From: Ramazzottius varieornatus
Lineage: Eukaryota > Animalia > Tardigrada
Assembly: GCA_001949185.1 (NCBI GenBank)
Contig: BDGG01000007.1
Location: forward strand, 1,880,730 to 1,944,729
Length of the DNA: 64,000 nt
Direction: 5' to 3'
The notes under the pieces were generated by a model. The model saw only the letters and a program-made list of their open reading frames with translations, did no database searches and was not told the DNA's origin. Position 1 is the stretch's first letter; each line of letters opens with the position of its first letter. The translations under genes were made by a program, and so were the position numbers. This document shows positions 59,298 through 64,000 of the stretch, one piece after another.

Positions 59298-62138
59298 GGT
59301 AGAAGGTGGAGGAGCGTTCGACGAGGAAACCAAGGACGCTTTATCTGCAAAATAGAAAAGCCCACAAAATTATTCATTGAAGCAGTTATAACTTAACGAT
59401 GAGTATGGCAGCCTTTCAAGTGCCCGAGCAGCTTTTTACGATCAATAAAATCCGCCAAAAATCTCTTCTATCGATCGGGAATCGAATGACAGCCTGAGCC
59501 GACGGAAGCGATCGCTATCATCGATTTTTGTTCTCAATTCAATGCTGCAGGATACGCGCTCGTTTATCTGATTCTCTCCGCTTCCTTTCAGCAGTCTGTC
59601 TTTGTGGACATTTGCAAGTCAAAGGCCTCGGTGCTGGTAAATTACCTTCGCACACAAAGAGAGAGTTTCTGCGACGAGGAAGTTTCGCTGGACAACGCAG
59701 CCGTTGACTTTCCCACTCAATCAAGCTAGCTACCTAATCAACTGGCTGAAAACTTCTACGGATGAAGAGGTAAAACGACCGATCAGGTATCAAGCAATCA
59801 GCCTGATCGCTTAATGCTGATCGGGCACTCAGGTGGTCGCTAAAGCAATCAGCCAAAATCGAACTTTTCCCGATCGGTCCAGGCTGGCAGCGTTTCAACC
59901 AATCAGCCCAGCGTTCAGTTTGCCAACAAACACGCTTCCTGATCCTGAATTCGTGATGGGTGCCCCCCCGGCTCAGGTCGCACGGTCCTAGATTTATTAT
60001 GATCAACGTTGACTCTGCTATGGGTGCTATCGAATGGAATGGACGGCGCTATTTGCGATGGCTGCTCTCTTTGAAAGTGATCCGAAGCACTAGAAGGCCT
60101 AAAGTAAACAGAAGTGAAACGGCATGGTCGACACCTGCTTTCTCCATTAAGCAAAGAATGGCTGGCGCGACTTTGCAGACTGGTTTTCTACCTGTCTGAA
60201 TCCACATGACAAGGTCCGACAACCGGCCTGGGCCACAATAGGAATGATAAGATGGCTTCGTCGATGAGTGACAGGCACCTTTGGCCCCACACAATCGAAA
60301 CAAAGTGGACAGAGAGTACCCGTCAACACGGACAGTGCGAGAAGAGACGTTTACAAGTCGATTAAAAGGTATAGTGACTTACTCGAGGCACTGCTGGACA
60401 CCTTGGGTATCTTGATGGAGGGCAGCGTCGTCAATGCAGAAGATAATTTCGCCTCTGTCGCTGGCTTCCGACGAGATCGTGTAATCCGTGAAGGTGCGGG
60501 GGAAGCAGCCATGTCCATGTTGAGGGGCTCCTGGTTTGATTGTCTTATTAGATGACGGTGTAATTTTGCTGACGGCAGTATTGTGGTACAGCTCCTAGGA
60601 CAAAGCAAATACAGGTAACGCAAAGGTTAATTATCAGGATGTAATGAACGCTTACCAGCGCTATCTTACATGGCATCTGGCAAAAAACACGCGGATCATG
60701 CTGTCAAATCCTGGAGGCGACGGAGAGCACGAGGAAAAGGAGCAGAGTGAGACGCATATAAATTCTCAACTTGAAATCTGGCGCCAAAGCCGCAATGTAA
60801 ATATCGGGCAGTATATTAAAACTTTTTCTGCCTCGAGGCTTCAAGTCTTCAACCACTTGCTCGATCGAGCGCGCGTGAATGGCGGTGATCCATGCTGGTC
60901 CTGCCTCTTTGTCTACACTGCGGTTCCTCGACAGATGGCAGCAAGCGCGCGCCGCTAACGAGCCACGGCAGAATCTGAAGGAGAAGAGTGCCCGGAAGAC
61001 TTCTTCGTCGTCCATGCGAGAGAGGACAAGTTCCTGGTGGCGCAGGAAGACCCAGCATCGGCAGCTATCCACGGGAAGCGTTCGCGGAGGACCGCCCCAG
61101 TATGGAAACTTCTGGGGAGAATTTTTCGCAAGTTACTGTTTTTGGAAGAAATTAATTTCTGGAGCGAAGAGCAGAGGGAAAGATGTCAAGAGAACATCGT
61201 ACCGCAATCCGAGAACAAAAAGGAACAATGCCGGGAACTACCACACCAAGACACCTGCCTCGTCATTCTTCGAGGAGTGGGAAGGGACAAAGATCGCAGA
61301 GGATGAGAGCAAGAAAACGTAAATTGGAGAAAACTGATTTCGCAAGCACGCTGTCCAGAAGGATATCTTCGAAAAAGAGCAATCTGAATGATAAATGGTG
61401 CACTTGTCCGTGATTGGCCATGCACGCCGATATCTACGCTCTGCACATGTCCATTATCCACTGGTACAGGGCAAGCTGGCGCACTTTCATATTCTCGTCA
61501 GTGTGCCGGTGCTTGATTGCACGGACGTCGGATACCCGGAAGTTGCAACGAAAAACGGAAGTACATCCTGGAAATACGGATTATTATTGGTCCTATATGT
61601 TCTTAGTATTCACTCCCGAACAATTTTCAGCTATGCGTCTCCGGAATAGAGGAATGTACAAGCTAGAGAGCATCGTAGGCTGGTGACTGGTCAGGGCAAA
61701 CTCGCAGGGAATTAAGTACTTCCGGTCGAAGAGGAGAATTTCTTCTCGTCAGTAGCTCTCTTCGTTTTGGCAACTTTTCGGGAACACAGTCCATCACGGC
61801 ATCAAAGCTCCAATATTCGTGTGCCAATGATTTTTACGTTCCTCTTCTCCACACAAAGAATAACACAACATCATTCGAAATACGTAATATGTCAAACGCA
61901 ACCGTGATACAGAAAGAAAATCTTCAGAGTCGATTTTTCTACAGTATGTACAATGACTGTATAAATGATGAATGAAGACTAAAACGTCAAAGAAACGAGG
62001 ATCACAAGTCAAAGCAAAAGTTTCAAAGTTCAGAAGGTGTCACCGAGAAGCGAAAGCGTTGAGGAATTGGGAGGAAGACTGCCGATGAGAGCATTTGCAC
62101 TGTCCGCTACCAGTCCGAGATCATTTCTCTCATGTCTG

Positions 62139-63680
62139 TCATACATCAATGTGTTTACTGGGCGAGGTGATGTTGGGATGGAGCAAGTCGATGCCCGTCC
62201 ACATTCTGCGCAGGTCACCCTTCAGGTAGGCCATGACCAGCAAGGGCAGAAGTGTGAAGGGCACCAGGTACAGAAGAGCCGGCTGGGCCGCCTTGAAGAG
62301 CTCCGACGAGACGGTGGCCGTCAGCAAACCTGTGGCAACCAAGGAAGACAAACAAATGAACTGCCCTAGACCTTTCCACTGCTGACAGAAATTAACGGAG
62401 AAGGAGTGAGCAAGTTTACCGAGGAAGTATCCGATCAGGGCGCAGTGAAAGTACTTGACGCGATCCAGCGAACTGGCCGGTCCCGGAATGCCGCACTCGC
62501 CGTTCTTCAACTGCAGCTTCTTGTGCGCATCGAAGCGAAGAACGAAGCACAGCAAAAGACCCGGCATTACCTGCAGGACACAATATCCACAATTTCTATT
62601 GGGTTCCTTCAGCAGTTTTCCCTCTGACAACGTTGACGTATTTCAATGAGGAACTGGGTAAACGAACTCGATGAGACTGTCTCCACAAGTAGCGCACATT
62701 TACCGTCTTATTGGCCGACAAAGTGCGTTGTTTGGCAGAAAGATTTCCCGGCTTTGTCTGCCAAGCAAACAATCTGCTCTATTTTAGCCAGATATTCGTA
62801 AGATTTACAGTTTCATGGCCAAATTTCCCTCGCTCAACTGCATCAAGATTTTGACAAAAACGACCACAAAGATGTTGAAAGTCTCCGTTTATCTTTCGAG
62901 CGGAACCATCAGTCTTTCATTGTAAAATCTGACAGCTTGCACTCCCTAGCTGGCGACAAAGAAGACCAAGGCTGGTGAAGAAAGGTATTGATAGTTGTAC
63001 TGACTAATTTGCTTGGCTATTGTTGACTGAAGCCATCGAGTGTTGGCCAAACAAAGACAGGGTGGTGCTTTGCTTGGCAGCTGGAAGCCGATACTTCAAG
63101 GCTTGCTGAAGATGCCCATCCTTACAAGACGGTACTTGCAGTCGTACTTACAATGTCTCCGAGTCCCAGCATGGAATACTGACCGGAAGTCTTGATACTA
63201 CAAAGACAAAGAGGAACAAGCACTTAATCAGAGGCCTGATTTAACGGTTGAGACTGAAGTTGATTGGGGGTAGAGCTACCTGGGAAAGACCAGTTTGCCC
63301 GGAAGACTGAGCTTGGGCGCGTCGTTGATCATGTTGTTGTCGACGTTGAGCCTCCTGGCTAAGGCTCTCATGGGATTGTCGGCCGAGCGGGTGGCCACCC
63401 GCACCATGACGTTGGAGTTGAAGATATAGGAAGAGAAAAAGACCCAGAAGACATCATAGAGGAGGAGACCTGTCAGCAGGAGGGTGGAGACTTTGAGGGA
63501 GGGCAGGCGGACCAGGGCGATAAAGGCCACGCACAGCCCCATCCCCAGCGCGTCCATCAGCAACCAGTGACCCGTTAAAGTCCACACAAAGACGATCGAG
63601 ACGGACAGCGCGAAGGACACCAGCTCTGGAGCGGAAAAACGCCCACACAACGGCAGTGACGACAGCCGACTCAACCTACG
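62139..63680 (-). CDS. SPPL3: Signal peptide peptidase-like 3, 3' exons; the 5' end lies beyond the window
   Basis: [59 protein letters not shown]. Confidence 0.95.
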
Positions 63681-64000
63681 GAAAATCATTTCCTTTTAAC
63701 TCTGATGTCAGTTTCCGTGCAAAGCCTTTAAGTTGTTCCGCTTGATCATTTCTCTAACAAATCTTCACAAGAGATGTGATCGCCTTCGTATCCTGTACAG
63801 CCCTGTCAACAGCTGGGACGTCGGCCGAGATTTCACCAGCATCGTCAGGTCAAGTGGCGCACTCCTCCGGTGTGATTGGCTAAATGAGTGCGCCACTTGG
63901 TAAAGCGATCTTGTCGAGTTTCCAAGTAGCGCACGTTCTCACTGTTAATGGCCGAAGCGTGCGCCTCCTGAAAACTATTTATATTAATAATTTTGCAGCT

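Noticed and set aside
35642-63970. CRISPR-like repeat-spacer look of the CAAGTGGCGCAC family
   Set aside because: Arms alternate in orientation, spacers are homologous to each other (AGCCAATAACAATGA-like), arrays are only 1-2 units, the context is eukaryotic introns, and there are no cas genes.
1-64000. tRNA, rRNA or other structured RNA genes
   Set aside because: None recognised by eye. tRNAscan-SE or Infernal would be needed to exclude them.

Overview
Eukaryotic animal DNA with short GT-AG introns and dense genes. The compact introns and the intronless orphan rhodopsin-like GPCRs carrying NRxWAV in place of DRY suggest a tardigrade, Ramazzottius-like (inference, not proven). The left ~35 kb is an accessory, TE-rich region. 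It holds a frameshifted Tc1 (DD34E) element, a decayed pogo (DD35D) family with derivatives, many TA-targeting MITEs (one nested), a CRE-type LINE 3' end, three Ly6/quiver-like pseudogenes and five GPCR copies (2 intact, 3 broken). It also carries a CFAP65-like gene, an allatostatin-C-like precursor, an astacin with two PAN/apple domains, an F-box gene and a secreted protein that aligns with anti-lipopolysaccharide factors (ALF). The right ~29 kb holds a fungal-type GH5 exo-beta-1,3-glucanase with two PAN domains (HGT candidate), SEC62, an SLC9B/NHA antiporter, two low-complexity proteins, GOSR1, TEX261, a stand-alone PAW-domain protein, GPAT3/4, an MTUS/toucan-like coiled-coil protein and the 3' part of SPPL3. 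Best leads: the ALF-like gene, the PAN-tagged hydrolase pair (possible cell-wall-targeting defence or feeding module), and the NHA paralogue that has lost three charged residues of its ion site. All homology calls come from motif recall and were not run against a database.
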